Shown piece after piece: positions 21,166 to 33,853 of a DNA stretch of 64,000 nucleotides. Position 1 is the stretch's first letter. Each line of letters opens with the position of its first letter. The notes beneath the pieces are model-generated. The model made no database searches. It was not told the DNA's origin and saw only the letters and a list, made by a program, of their open reading frames with translations. The stretch is from Rebecca billardiae RCC1528 (Eukaryota; Protista; Haptophyta), in NCBI GenBank assembly GCA_965240325.2, contig OZ251229.1, positions 1,426,001-1,490,000 of the forward strand, given 5' to 3'. The position numbers and the translations under genes were made by a program.

Positions 21166-22980
21166 ATGACCGCGTTCCGCGGTCCTTTTCCGTAGAACGA
21201 ACGTGTCGTAGTTCGGGGCCCGCGGTGGCGGTGCACCCTCCGTCGCACCCTCCGTCGCGATCGAGAGTGGGCCCGCCCGGCCGCGAGCCCGGCAGCGAGT
21301 AGACTCCAGCGCGCGCCGCCGCCCGCCGCGCGGCCGGGCGGGCCCATCGCAGCCGCCGGCGAGGCGCCGATTGTGTACAGTCGAAGTCATGGCCGACTGA
21401 GATCGTCGGCACGCGCTGCTGCTGCGAGATCGTCGGCGTCGGCACGCGCTGCTGCTGCGAGGGCTGCTCGCTCGCCAGCTGACCGAGGCACTCGAGCAAG
21501 CCAAGGTATGAGCACGCCTCGTCGCAGCCAGCCAGGGCCTCCATGATTTTGTACAGCACCTCGCACGCGTCCTGCTGCTGCTGCCCAAACGCAGTTGTCC
21601 ACCGACAGACCTCCGCGATCGCGTCGTGGAGCGGCTCGAGCAAGCTACGCGTCGGCCCCACCTCGCTGGGCCACTCGCAGTTGACATGCGCGAGCGCCAG
21701 CGAGCGCATGCTCGGGACACGATGGGGTTGGTGGACTGCTCAGCCGCGGCACGGATGTGGCGAGCGAGACGATGGAAGGGCACGCGAGCAGCGCCGCCAG
21801 CAGCGAGCCGAGGTAGCACGTGACGCCTAGGTTGAGCGTGCCCAGCAGGCTGAGCGAGCCGGCCGGGCGCCCCCGCTGCGGCTGTGCTTTCTCTGCAGCG
21901 GGCATTTCCCCGTCGAGCGCGGCGAGTGCCGCAAAGCGGCTGCCAGCTGTTGGGCCGGGTGAGGAGGAGGGAGGGAGCTGGCCTGCGGGGCGCGTGGTGA
22001 AGTCGGTGATCAGTCGCGTCGCGATCCCCCTGCCGATTGCGCCTTCGTCCTCCAGCACGGTGCGGACCTTGCGAACGAAGTTGTAGATCGACCATTTGGG
22101 CACGTTGTACTTCACCGCCGCAGAGGGCACGTCCTGCTTGTGCCTCACGACTGAGATGGCAGCAGCGATGCTCTGGAGCGTGCTCTTAGCCACCTTCTTC
22201 ACTGCCCCGGATTCGAGCAGCACGTTCAATACGCGGCGAGCGCGGTCCTCGTCGGCGTCGCCAGCTGACGTGCTCGGCATCATGTCCACGTGAGCGCAAA
22301 AGAGTGGCCTCGAGCCTGCTCAAGGCCTGCTCAAAGTGCGCACAACTGGCTCGCCAGAGGGCAAAAGGCCAATAGCTACTCCCAATTCCCGAAGGCTGAT
22401 GATGAATACGCACACGTGCGCCTGATGAATATCGATGATATTCTGCTCGACCCCGTAGTGTCAGTCCACGAACCATATACATTACAATGTATGAAAACGA
22501 AGCGGTGCAAATGATGTTCTCCAGTATAGTGGATACGACCCCGACGAAGCGATTTTATGCCTGCTGCGTGAACCATACATCATATGAATACGAAGCGCGG
22601 TGCAAATGTTCTCCAGTAGTGAATACGACCCCGACGAAGCCAATATATAGCGGTTGGTTACTTCGCTGATCCCGTAAGGACGTGCAAAAATAGCCTCAAA
22701 GAAGCTGACGCTTGTATTGGACTTGTAACCGTCCTACTTCACACAGAAGTGAACTCTCACGCCCGGCCGTCCACGATTGATTAGGGGAATGTCGTGGGCG
22801 CGGTTTTTTTCTCCGTGATGCATCTGTAGAGAGGGTCTCAAAATTCGAAACTCGGTCTCCGCCAGCCCTAAAAATCGGCCCCCGGGTCCCTTTTTCTTGA
22901 TCAAAGATCTTTTTGAAACGTGGTTCGGGCCCGCTGGTGCGGGCTCCACGCTGCGCGCTCCGCCCTGCACCGCGGGCCAT
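21166..22980 (-). mobile_element. Full-length hairpin-terminated non-autonomous element carrying an HTH-USP relic
   Basis: 3' terminus (reverse complement) ATGACCGCGTTCCGCGGTCC at 21166; 5' terminus ...GCACCGCGGGCCAT ends at 22980. Sister of 40425-43389. Confidence 0.85.
21380..22283 (-). pseudogene. Frameshifted psq-type HTH + ubiquitin-specific protease (C19) N-terminal fragment
   Basis: HTH LQSIAAAISVVRHKQDVPSAAVKYNVPKWSIYNFVRK and Cys box GTLNLGVTCYLGSLLAALLACP in one frame. QQDACEVLYKIMEAL lies in another frame after 2-nt insertions. Confidence 0.6.
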
Positions 22981-23595
22981 CACTCGGTAGTCGCGACCGC
23001 CGCGGCAGGCCGCGTAGCCCGTAGTCGTAGACGGTAGTTCACTACCGTTCAGCACTACTGTTAGCCAGTACGACGTAACTTCAATGCTGCGGTGACAAAT
23101 GATCGACGACTATACGATATATCGATGACGATGGATCAATGACTGTAGCAGCCATTGTAGTACGTACGTACTGTACATGCACTTGATGCAGAGGCGGAGT
23201 GATCGGGCAGAATTCGGTGATCCCGCGGCGTGTGGCCCGTGACCGTGATGATATCGATATGTCTGAGTCGACAGAGTCTGAGTGCAGTGAGTCTGCCCAG
23301 TGCCGGCGACGTCGTCAGTCAGTTCTAAGACTGCTAGCTAATAAGACGAGCTACGGTACAGCTGGATCGAGTGAGTGTCGACAGTCCGTCCGAGAATAGT
23401 ACATATAGTCTGGGTCGGCCGTGCTCGGAGAATCAGCACGGATACGTCACGCGATATGATAAAACTGTCACTTGCATGCTCATGCTGATGACCACTTGCC
23501 ATGCTGCCTTGAGGCTTGTCGAACGGTGCGCCACTGTGGGCGGACGAGTGTCGAGCCGGACGGGCGGACGGCCGCCCCGGCCGGAGGATCAGGAT

Positions 23596-26500
23596 TCAGG
23601 TGAGATCGACTACGACCGGGACCGCCGGCACGTACGCCGGGCGTGGCGTCGGACGCGGAGCGAGCGGCGCGGCCGCCATGGACGGCCGCGCGTGGTAGGA
23701 CGCCGCCGACGGGCGGCCCCGCTTCTTGCCGCTCGAGGCGCCCACCTTGGGCTTGATGTCCGGCTTGACGTCCGGGCGCGCGGCGCCGCCGTGCGGCGGC
23801 AGTCCGGCTGACGGGCCCGGCGCGGCGGCGCCCGCCTCCACCTTGGCGATCTCGGCGACGATGCGCTGCACGGTCTCGCCCGAGGGCACGACGATGCCGA
23901 TGATGCGCGTGCCGTCGTCCATGCGCACGCGCGTCACCTTGAGCACGCACCTCCGGCTATGCCGCCCCGCGCCGATCACGCGCTCGAGCACACCCCACAC
24001 GGGCAGCAGCGAGCCGCTCACGAGGTGCACGACGCGCTCGCGCTTGCCCACGGTGCAGAGCTGCCGGTTGCGGCAGTTGGGCCCGTGCATGCAGTCCGTG
24101 AGCGCGCGCGTGTACTGCCGCGACCAGCCCTGCTCCGCCGCGTCGCGCTCGAGCTCGCGGTACACCTCGCGGATCTCGCCCAGGTTGGCCGCGCGCGCGG
24201 GGCCGGTCGACGGCCTGTACACCTTGAAGAGCTGGTGGGAGGGCTTCATCCACGCCGCCTCGGACGCGGTCATCTGGCGGTGGAGCGCGAGGACGAAGTG
24301 GTGCTCCTGCATGCCGATCGCGCGGTTGATCGACTTGTAGAAGCCTGGAGCGCGCGCGGCGCCGCGCGCGCCGGGGCACGGAGCACGTCGGCGCGCGCGC
24401 GGCAGCGCGATCGGCGCGCGGCTGAGGCGCGCGCGCGTCGCGCGCAAACTCGCGCCCACCGTCGCCGCGGTGCTTCACGCCGCCGTTGTCCGCGATCGCC
24501 TTGTCGAGCATCGTGCACGCGTCCGCGAACGAGATGCCGCGGTCGGTCTTGATCTGCACGTGCGTCGTCTTCGCGCCGGACTTTGCGTCCTCGTGGATGC
24601 TGAGCGGCGGCGCCGCCTGCTGCACCGAGGCGCCGCGGATGTCGACGACCGCGTCGCCGTACTCGTCGTTCTGCTTGGCGAGCTTCACCTTCTCCTCGAC
24701 CTCCGCGGCGAAGTGGGTGAAGAGCTTGTTCTGGTAGCCGACCGGCAGGCCGAGCAGCCGGTTGAGGAACGTCTGCGCTCGCCGCGGACCGCGCGCCGAC
24801 GCCGAGCCGGCGGGTACGTGATGCGCGCATGCGTCAGCAGCGCGGCGCGTGCGCCGCCTCGCGCCTGGTTGCGCGTGCCCTCGCGCGCGCCGCGCGCGCG
24901 CAGCGAGCGCGCACCTTGACCGGCATCACCTTCTTGCGCGAATCGTAGGACACGCCGACGGAGGCGAGGAGCTCCTCGGCCTCCTCGAGGTACGCCAGCC
25001 AGCCCGCGCCGTCCTGCTGCTCGATGCCGAGCTCGCGCGCCACGTGCGCGGGCGGCTCGGGCAGCCCGCTCCACGCCGGGCTGAGGAAGACTGTGCGGAG
25101 CAGCTGCTCGAGCCCCTCCGCGCCCCACTTGTTGTCCAGGTCGAAGGCGGAGAGGTCGCCCGCGTCGTTCGCGCGGCGGTCGCCCTTGGTCAGCGCGCCG
25201 AGCGAGGCGAGACGCTTCGCCACCGCCGAGGCGAAGCGGCGCTCGCCCGCGATGTTGCTCATCACCAGCAGGTAGTGCGGCCCCGTGCGCTGGTTGGAGC
25301 GGTGCGTGCGTCCGCACTGCTGGATCGCCTGCTCCGACGACCACGGCAGCTCGAGCGTGATGTGCACGCGCGGCATGTGGCCGCTCTTCGCGCGCTTGTC
25401 GGCCTGGAGCGAGATGCCCGACGACGCCGCCTCGCTGATCACGGCGACGCGCTTCTCGCCGTCCATGAACGCCTGCCGCTCGCTCAGGTTGAGCGCCTCC
25501 ATCGACACGCCCGTGCCCGCGTTGCGCCGCGCGTACTGCACAGTGCCGTCCTCGGCGCGCACGAGCTGGCCCTTGCGGCCCGTCATCTCCGCGACTTGCG
25601 AGGTGCCGCCGAGCGCGTCGATGAGCTCGTCGAGCGGGCCCAGCGTCGGCAGCGCGAGCAGGCCCACCCTGTCCTCGAGCCAGCGCTTCAGCCCGAACGC
25701 CGACTTGACGCCGCGCGCGTGCTTGGCCGCCTGCAGCGCTGCCTGCGGGTCGGGCGGCGCGCCCGCGTCGGCCGCGGGCGGCGCCGCCGCCGGCAGCGAC
25801 GGCGGCGGGAGCGACGGCGCGAGCGATGCGAACGGCGCGGGCGGCGGCGGCAGCGGGAGCGCGCCCGCCGGCAGCGGCGACGGGCCACGCGAGGCGTGCG
25901 GCCCGCGCGCGCCGCCGCTGTGCGCCGCCGAGGGCGCGCGCGACAGCTGCGGCTCAGCGGGGCTGCCCTCCGCCGACGATGCGTCGTCCACGTTGCGCGC
26001 GCTCGGCGTGCGGTCGCGCGCGCGCTTGCCGCCGCTCGCGCCGGCGGCGGCGCGCTTCTTGGCGGCGCGCTTGGGTCGCTTGGCGCCCCACTCGGGGTCG
26101 CTGTCGTCCTCGTCCTCGCCCGCGCCGTCCTCCTCCTCGTACGCCTCGTCCTCCGAGCTGTCCGCGACGCGCCGCCGCTGCCGCCCGCTGCGCGCGCGAG
26201 CGGTCATCAGCTGCGGCGCACCGCCCGCGCTGCCGCTGCCGCCCTCCGCCTCCGCCTCCACCTCCGCCTCGTCGTCGACGACGATGCGGCCGCGCGCGAC
26301 CCGCGCGGGCGAGAGGGCCGAGCCGCCGGCGCCGCCACGCGCATGCATCGGCGCGCACTCCGAGCAGAACCAGTCGCCTTCGGGCACGCGCTCGAGCGGC
26401 GGCTCGCAGCAGAAGGAGTGCGCGGCGCGCTCGCAGCCGGGCCCATCGCACAGCATCAGCTCGCACTCGAGGACGCCCGCGCACTTGGCGCACGCCACGC

Positions 26501-29219
26501 CCGCGTCGTGCTCCGCGCCGCCCTCGCCCTCCGCCTCGCTCTCCGAGCCGGCCCGCGCCGCACCGCTCGCCGCGTGCGCCACGTCCTCCTCCCGGCGCGC
26601 GAGCGCGTGTATCATCTGCATCTTCTCGAGCATGTTGCGCGAGCTCATGCCGACGCTCTCGACCAGCGCGCGCAGCCGGCGGGGCGGCAGCGGGCGGAGC
26701 GCCGCGACGAGCGCGGTGTCGGAGGCGCGCGGCCTGCTCGCGTCGTCGTCCGCCGCGTGGCTCGCGCGCCGCGCCGCCGCGGGCCGCGCCGCCCCCTCCT
26801 CCTCCTCCTCCTCGTCTGGAGTGGCCGAGTCGGAGTCCTCCGCGTAAGAGCGCCGGCGCCGCTGCCGGCGCATGTTGCGCACGTGCTGCGCGGCGGTGCG
26901 CCTCAGCCGGCTGGGCTGCGCGGGCTCGTCCTCGCCCTCGTCCGCGTCGGCGCTCGCGCCGTTGAGCATGCTCAGCAGCTCGTCCTCCTCCGCGTCCGCG
27001 CTCGCGCTGCCCGGTGCGCTCGTTGGGAACGCGGCCACGAGCTTGGCAACGACCGCGCGCGCGGCGCAAAAGTCGTCCAGGTCCTCCTTGGCCTCGACCG
27101 CGTCGGCCACGCGCGCCTCGCCCGTGCCCTGCAGGCCGATCACGACGCACTTGCCCGCGGCGAGCGCCGCCTTCGCCTCCGCCACGACGGCGCGCACCTT
27201 CACCGACATGACGAGCTGCTTGAAGAAGCGCTGGTGCGCGCCCCAGAACTGCGTCATGCCGCCGCCCCGGCCGCCGCCCCGGCCGCTGCCGCCGCCGTCG
27301 CCCAGCATCTCGACCGCGTGCGTCCACGCGTGGTGCAGCTCGGCCCAGAACTCGCACGCGCCGTCGTACATCCGGCGCTCGCGCTCGTCCAGGTCGACCA
27401 TCAGCGTCTGGAACGACGCCGTGTGGAACGAGAGCTGCCGCGAGATGTACATCCCGCGCTGCTTCATGTCGAGCGCGACCAGCTCGAGCGCGCCCGTGCC
27501 GCCGCGCTCGATCGCCTTCAGGAAGTCGGCAAACCGGACGAACGAGGTGCCCGGACCCCACAGGCCGAGGCGGGACATGTACGCCTGCGCGCGGGCGCGC
27601 GGGGACGCGGCGCGGGTCGGAACCGCGCCACGACGCTCGGCGGCCGCGCGCGGGCACGGCGCGGGCGCGCGCGGCCGCGCCGCACCATCGCGCGCAGCGA
27701 AGACGCCCCCGTGGCCGAGCAGTACACGACGCGCGCGTCCGGCAGCTCGGACTGCAGCTCCTGCACGCAGAGGGCGGTCTTGGACGACTTCGGCTTGGCC
27801 GAGCTCGACGTCTCCTCCGCCACGAGGTTCTTCGCCTTGTGCGACTCTGCGCATCGCGCGTGCCGACGCCGGCGCGCGCGTGCTCGGAGACATGCGCTGC
27901 GTCGCGAGCGCGCGGCGCGGCGCGCGGGCGCGCACCGTCGAAGCACACGCAGCCGTCGCCGCCGCCGTTGCCGCCGCGCATCCACGCGACGAGCTGCTTG
28001 AGCCGCGACTGGCTCCCCGACGACGCGACGAGCGACGCGTACGTCACGAAGATGATCCCCTCCTTCACGCCCACCGCCTTGGAGTCGAGCCGGCCGTACG
28101 GCAGCTTGTTGAGCGCATGCAGCGGCACGTCCGCCACGCCGATGTCCGCGAGGTCGCGCCTTGCGTCGACGATGAGGTCGGCACTGACCGAGAGCCACAG
28201 GTGGCGCCGCCGCCCGCGGAGCATGTTCTCGTGGATGATCGCCGCGAGTTGCCGCCCCTTACCCAGCCCCACGCCGTCGCCGAGGAAGAAGCCCGCGCGG
28301 CAGCCGTCGGGTCCGCGCGTCTCGAACCGCTGGTTGGCGTACACGAGCGTCTCCACCTGCAGGTCGGAGAGCTGGCCGGCGCGCGGCTGGAAGGCGGGCG
28401 CGTACGTGGGCAGCGGCGGCGTGACGTACGAGAGCGACGTCGTCTCGCACACCGGGTCTGCCACGGCGGGCGAGGGCGCGCCTTGCGTCAGCCACCTGGC
28501 GCGCGCGCCGCCGCAGGGCGCGCTCGCACAGCACATGGGGCGCTCGAAGCGGCACGCGCGCGCGCGCACCAGGGTGAGGCGAGCCCGTGGAGACGTGCTG
28601 CGGCGCGTACTGCGCGAAGACCTCCTCAGCGTCCTCGTCCGCCTCGTCCAGCTCGTCCGTCTGCGCGCCACCGCCGCTGCTCCCCGGTGGCGCGGCCGGC
28701 GGTGGCACTGGCTGCGGAGCCATGCCAGGCACGGCGCCGGGGTAGCCCGGGATGGCGCCCGGGTACGGCACGGCGTACGCGGCGTGCGCAGGCATCGGCA
28801 TGGCGTGTGTCGGGATCGGGCGCCTGAAGGACGCGCTCATCGCCGCCTGCGCCGCCGCCTCCTTCCGGCGCGCCATCTTCTTCTTCTGCGCGATCCACTT
28901 GGGCTCCGTGTCCGTGGCGTGGCAGTGCTCGCCCCACTGCGGGCACTCCGCCGGCGTCGACTCGCAGAGGAAGCAGCGGCAGTTGTCACACACCTCCTGC
29001 GGCCAGCACAGGGCGCCACGGGCGGGCGCGCATGCGTGCACGAGGCGTGTGAGCGCGCGCGCGGCGTGACGCGCGCGCGCGCGCGCGGCGCACACGCCGC
29101 ACCTTGTCCTCCGCAGCGCCGGTGAGCGGCTTCTCGAGGCAGTGGCAGCGCGCATGGGGCCAGTCGCGGAGTGGGTTCGATCCGCGCACGCCGACGATCT
29201 CGACGCCGTCGTCGGCCAT
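23596..29219 (-). CDS. Strawberry notch homolog (SBNO/FORGETTER1-like helicase-like protein) with PHD finger and N-terminal Cys/His-rich domain; several introns
   Basis: LSDLQVETLVYANQRF, GFFLGDGVGLGKGRQLA, DE/SHKAKNL, ARVVYCSATGAS, FWGAHQRFFKQL, PHD (CAKC..LMLCDGPGC..H.FC..PPL..VPEGDWFCSEC), SEAASSGISLQAD, TLELPWS..AIQQCGRTHRSNQ. Confidence 0.92.
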
Positions 29220-29760
29220 GGTGCGCGCAGCGATGGCAAGGGGGCGCAGCGCGTGCGCTGCCGTGCGGTGCTGAGTCCCGCTGGACAGCGCAGCCGCACG
29301 CCCGCCCCAGCGCCAACGGCTTTCACAGCGACGAGCTCCTCTGCGTTCGTTAGCGTGTTCGGTGAGTTCCGGAAGGACAAGACTACGGATCCGGCCCCGG
29401 CTGCTCAGAACCAGAAGTCCAGAACGCGCCAAAAGTCGGCCCAATGGCGGGAAAAATGACAAATCGTTGCATCCATGCAGCATCGTTTCCGGATAATTGG
29501 TTTTTCGCGCGAGTCCCGGGCCGCCCCGGCCGGCCGCCCGCCCGGCCCGGGGCGGCGCCCCCGCGCTTGCCGCGGCAAAGTTGAAAGTTCCCGTGCGAAA
29601 AGCCCGGGAAAAGTCATAAAGTCCTGCCTGTTGCCTCTGTAACCAGAGGAGCAGATTTGAGATTTCCACTGATCTGAGATCACCACGGAGGGGTCCAGGA
29701 AGCGGGTGGTGGTGGGTGAAGCCCCGCTGCCGAGCGCACCGGTGGCGAGGCGAGGCGCCG

Positions 29761-31872
29761 ATGACGAACACGTCCCCGGACAGCGCTGCCGGAGGCGACC
29801 CAGGCGTGGCCTGCCGCACATTCGGCCAGCGCGACCGCATCAAGCGCCGCCTGATCGTCCCGGCCGCCACCGTGACGAAGCGCTCCTCGCCGAGCCAGCC
29901 TGCGATCACGCTTGACGAGCCGGCGGACGGCGCTGGCCACGACGACGACGACGACGACGACGAGTTCGCCTTCAACCCGTCGGCGGAGCGCAAGCGCGGC
30001 GGCAGTGCGGAGCAGGTGTCCGGCGCCGTGCTCGACGCGCTGCTCCCGCCGCCCAAGGCGCACCGCGCCGAGGGCTCGCCGATCCGCCTGCGCGTGTCGC
30101 CGATGGCACACCGGCTCGGCCAAGCGCGCGCGCATGCCTCGCGCTCGGCAGAGGGGAGCGGGGAGCTTGAGGGCTCCTCGCGCCGGCGGCCTGGACAGGC
30201 ACCCTCGTGGCGCACGGATGCCAGCGAGTCCCGCGCGACGGATGCGTCGGACCGCAGCGGCCCGGCCTCAGCGGCGCGGCCCGTGGCGCCTCCGAGGAGC
30301 GCGCCCACGCCGCCGAGCTCGGCAACGGGCTCGCCTGTGGGGCGTGCGCCGCGCTCGCGCGGTGGCGCGTCGCCTGGCTCGGCGTTGGCGCCGTCGTCGC
30401 TCTCCGCACCGCCGAGCCAGTCGCCCGCCCGCCCGCCCTCCAGCCGTCCGTCGGCGCCCACGCCCTCGCCAGCACGCACCGCCACGCCGCAGGCCGGTGT
30501 GGGCGCGCGCGCCGTCGCGCCCGCGGCTGTCGCCGGTCCGTCGTGCACGGCGCTGATGCTCGCGCTGCTCTCGTCCGCGGTGGCGGACGCGTCCGTCGTG
30601 GAGGCCGATGAGGCCGAGGTGAGCTCGGATGAAGAGGACGACGGTGGCCCGCGCGCCACGGCGCAGCTCCGAGCAGCCGCCAGCGCGGCGGACGCTCGCG
30701 CGCCCGCCGCGGGCGCGGGCGCGCGCGCGCCACGCGTCATCTCCGGCGAGCGCGAGATGCTGCGCACGGCGGTGCAGCGCGCGCTGGACGAGGCGGGCGG
30801 CTCGAGCTCGCGCGCGCTGCACGCGCTCCTCGAGCAGGGCGCGGACGTCGACGCGCGCGACGCCGACGGCAACTTCCCGCTGTACCTCAGCTGCCACCTG
30901 CCACGGCCAGACGAGCGGCTGGCGTGCGCGCGCGCGCTGCTGCGCCGATCGGCCGACGCCAACTGCAGGCGCCGCGGCATGACGGCGCTCAACTTTGCGC
31001 TGCTGCGCGCGCACGTGGAGCTGGTGCAGCAGCTGCTGCGCCACGGAGGCTACCCCGTCCGCTGGACCGAGGAAGCGGCCGCCTCCGCCGACGCCGCCGC
31101 GCTCGCGGGCGGCGCCCGCGCCGGCGGCGGCAGCAGCGGCCGGCCCGGCTCCGCGCGCCCGCCGGCCAGGGGTGGCCTGCCGAGCCTTGCGCGCTTTGCG
31201 CGCGCGCACGGCTTCGAGAGCGAGGCGAGCTCGCGCATGCGCCAGCTGCTCCTCGACGCGGTGGACGCGAGCAACACCCCCGCCGTCGAGGGCCTGCTCG
31301 CGCACGGCTGCGCGCCCAACCTGCCGGACGCCGAGGGCCGCACGCCCCTCTTCCGCGCGGTCGCGGCGCAGCGCCGCGGGTCGGTGATCCACGCTCTGCT
31401 CAGGGGCGGCGCGGATGCGGACACGCGCGACGCGTGCGCGACGCACGTGCTCGTGCTGCCCATCATGCGCAGCGACGCCGCAGTCGTGCGGCTGCTCCTC
31501 AAGTACCGCGCCAACCCCCTCGCCGAGGAAGGCGGCGTGAGCCTCGACGTGTTTGCGCGGCAGAACAGCAGCTCGGACGAGGTGCACGCGCTGCTGGCGC
31601 GCTGCGTCGCGCACGCGCACCGCACGGACGCGGGGCCCGCCGCGCCCGCCGCGGCGCAGCTGCCGGCGCCAAAGGGCACTCGCATCGGCGCGCGCTTTGT
31701 GCCCTCGCCGTCCAAGTCGCCGCCGACGCCGATAGCGCCGCTGTGCGAGGCGCGCAGCGCGGGCGCGCAGCGGCAGCAGGCGCCACGCTCGAGCCGCGCG
31801 GCGTCGCACAGCCGCAGCGCGGACGACGACGCCGACGAGCACGATGACCCAAGCGTCTTCGACTTTCGGTGA
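29761..31872 (+). CDS. Ankyrin-repeat protein with disordered N-terminus
   Basis: LLEQGADVDARDADGNFPL, GMTALNFA, LLAHGCAPNLPDAEGRTPLFRA, LLLKYRANP. Confidence 0.8.
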   Translation: MTNTSPDSAAGGDPGVACRTFGQRDRIKRRLIVPAATVTKRSSPSQPAITLDEPADGAGHDDDDDDDEFAFNPSAERKRGGSAEQVSGAVLDALLPPPKAHRAEGSPIRLRVSPMAHRLGQARAHASRSAEGSGELEGSSRRRPGQAPSWRTDASESRATDASDRSGPASAARPVAPPRSAPTPPSSATGSPVGRAPRSRGGASPGSALAPSSLSAPPSQSPARPPSSRPSAPTPSPARTATPQAGVGARAVAPAAVAGPSCTALMLALLSSAVADASVVEADEAEVSSDEEDDGGPRATAQLRAAASAADARAPAAGAGARAPRVISGEREMLRTAVQRALDEAGGSSSRALHALLEQGADVDARDADGNFPLYLSCHLPRPDERLACARALLRRSADANCRRRGMTALNFALLRAHVELVQQLLRHGGYPVRWTEEAAASADAAALAGGARAGGGSSGRPGSARPPARGGLPSLARFARAHGFESEASSRMRQLLLDAVDASNTPAVEGLLAHGCAPNLPDAEGRTPLFRAVAAQRRGSVIHALLRGGADADTRDACATHVLVLPIMRSDAAVVRLLLKYRANPLAEEGGVSLDVFARQNSSSDEVHALLARCVAHAHRTDAGPAAPAAAQLPAPKGTRIGARFVPSPSKSPPTPIAPLCEARSAGAQRQQAPRSSRAASHSRSADDDADEHDDPSVFDFR

Positions 31873-32087
31873 CCGGTGTCGGCGCCTGCTCGGCGCGCGC
31901 GCAATTATTGTGTGTGGTTGCCAACTACACGTGTGCAGTCGCACAGTACTCTCGAACCCGCCAGCATTCGCTAGTCTCCAGAGCTTCTACAATAGGCCAG
32001 ATCCGCATCAGATAGTAAACCGGCCCCAGTTTCTTAACGTGATGCCAGCTATTAGCAGCTTATTAGTTCTCAGTTCTCACGGAGTTA

Positions 32088-33853
32088 TTATTGCCCGCGA
32101 TTGCCTGTAGCTGTAACGCCGCTCGCCGCCGCCGCCGGCTGGGCGGCTGCGGCAGCAGCGGCAGCGGCTTTCTGCTTCGCCGCCTCCTTCGCCGCCGCCT
32201 TCGCCGCCTCCTTCGCCGCGCGCGCGGCCTTCTCCGCCATCATGCGCTCGTACTCCTCCTTCCTTAGCCGCTCCATCACCCAGGAGGGGAACTGCTTCGT
32301 GCAGCACATGTAGGTGTCGTTGGGGTCGACGTCGCACGGCGTGACGCACGTGTCGCCATCCGACTCGCAGCACGTGCGTGACCACGTCCAGCCCCAGTGC
32401 TTCTTCTCGTCGCACCGGCTGCACACGATCTTCTCGTCCTCGTACTCCCACGGCCCCAGGTCGGTGCGCCACTCCGCCGTGACGTTCTTCAGCTGCTTGA
32501 GTCCCTTGAGGTTGTGGATCACCACGAGCGGGATCGGGGCGGTCAGGTTGTCGCCGCGCAGCCAGTGCTGGATGTGCACCCACGACTGGATCTTCACCAC
32601 CTTCACGTCGCGCAGCCCGCCGCGCAGCAGCGAGCGGAAGAGGTTGTACGAGATCCCCGCGTCCTCGTGGTGCCACATGTGCACGTTGAACGGCTGCCGC
32701 GCGCACTCGAGCGGCGAGTGGCACTTGATGCCGTTGTCGTTGCGTGTGTGCGCCTTGGCGATGAAGCCTGCAAAGTGCGGGTCGCCCGCGAGCTGGCGCG
32801 CGATGTTGCTGCCCATGCACACGAGGTTGCCCCCGGCGTAGGGGAACGGGCCGACCGAGTCGGAGCAGTTCTCGTCGCGGTGCATGTCCACGCCGTGCAG
32901 CGCGAGCTGCACCGCCGACGGGCGCGCGTCGATGCCGCACGCCTGGAACTTGTAGTTGGGCTTCCAGCCGCGGAAGGCCACGTACCCGTACAGGACCGAC
33001 TCGCCCGCGGCCTCGAGGTCGCGGCGCAGCCGGCTGCGGGCGCGGCGGGCCGGCGCCGCGGGCGCGAGGGCGGCGCCGCGTCGGCGCGCGCGCGCGCGCG
33101 CGCCGCGCACCTCCGACGCGCGGCCGCGGCGCGCGCGCGCGTGTGAGCGTGCACGCACCTGATGTGAATGAGAGAGTCGTCGTCGCTCTTGCAGTAGTGG
33201 CCGTAGTTGCCGAGCGAGGGCGCGGTCTGCCACCACGCCGCGGACTTCTCCGTCGCCTTGCCGACGTGCGGCAGGTTCTCCCGCCCGTCCACCCACACGA
33301 TGTCCCCCTGCTCCTTCGACTCCACCGTCACCTTTTGAAAGACGTCCTTCACGCTCTGCGGCATCGGCTTGGGCGGGTTGCCGAGGTAGTAGTTGCGCCC
33401 GACGACGAAGATGACGCGCACGCGGCCGCTCGAGATGTCCTCCTTAAACGTCTGCTTGTAGAACTCGCGCACCACCGCGCGCTCCTCGATGTGCGCGGGA
33501 TTGCTGATCACGGCCAGCAGCAGAGAGCCGTCGCGCTTGCCCTCCGAGGGCACAGGCGTCGGACGCGCGGCCGCGGCCGCGAGCACCGGCGTCGGCAGCT
33601 GCGCACGGGCTTCCGCGACGCCGGCGGTGGTGGCTTCGCTTCGCAGCGACGTCTGCAGCGTCGAGATGTCGCTGCGCAGCAGCCGCAGCTCCTCAATCAG
33701 CGCGCGCGCATCTGCGCTCGGCTCAATGAGCGCGCCCGACATGGACGGCGATGCGACCGACGCGACGCGCGAGCTGGAGAACAGCAACCTGATGACGGAG
33801 AGCAGCACGGCCAGGCCAAGGAACGCGACGATCATCTCCACGCGCCCCGCCAT
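32088..33853 (-). CDS. Type II membrane glycosyltransferase, GT31 (beta-1,3-galactosyltransferase-like); intron 33034-33158
   Basis: N-terminal TM. RAVVRE, FVVG, ESKEQGDIV, YCKSDDDS (DxD), PYAGG, HEDAGI motifs. Confidence 0.8.

Noticed and set aside
24849-28001. Very long ORFs antisense to or overlapping real genes (also 5244-6605, 14996-17479, 17058-18860, 28986-30992, 45933-47981)
   Set aside because: Expected shadow ORFs in >70% GC DNA; Arg/Ala/Pro-rich, no motifs, and overlapping well-supported genes.
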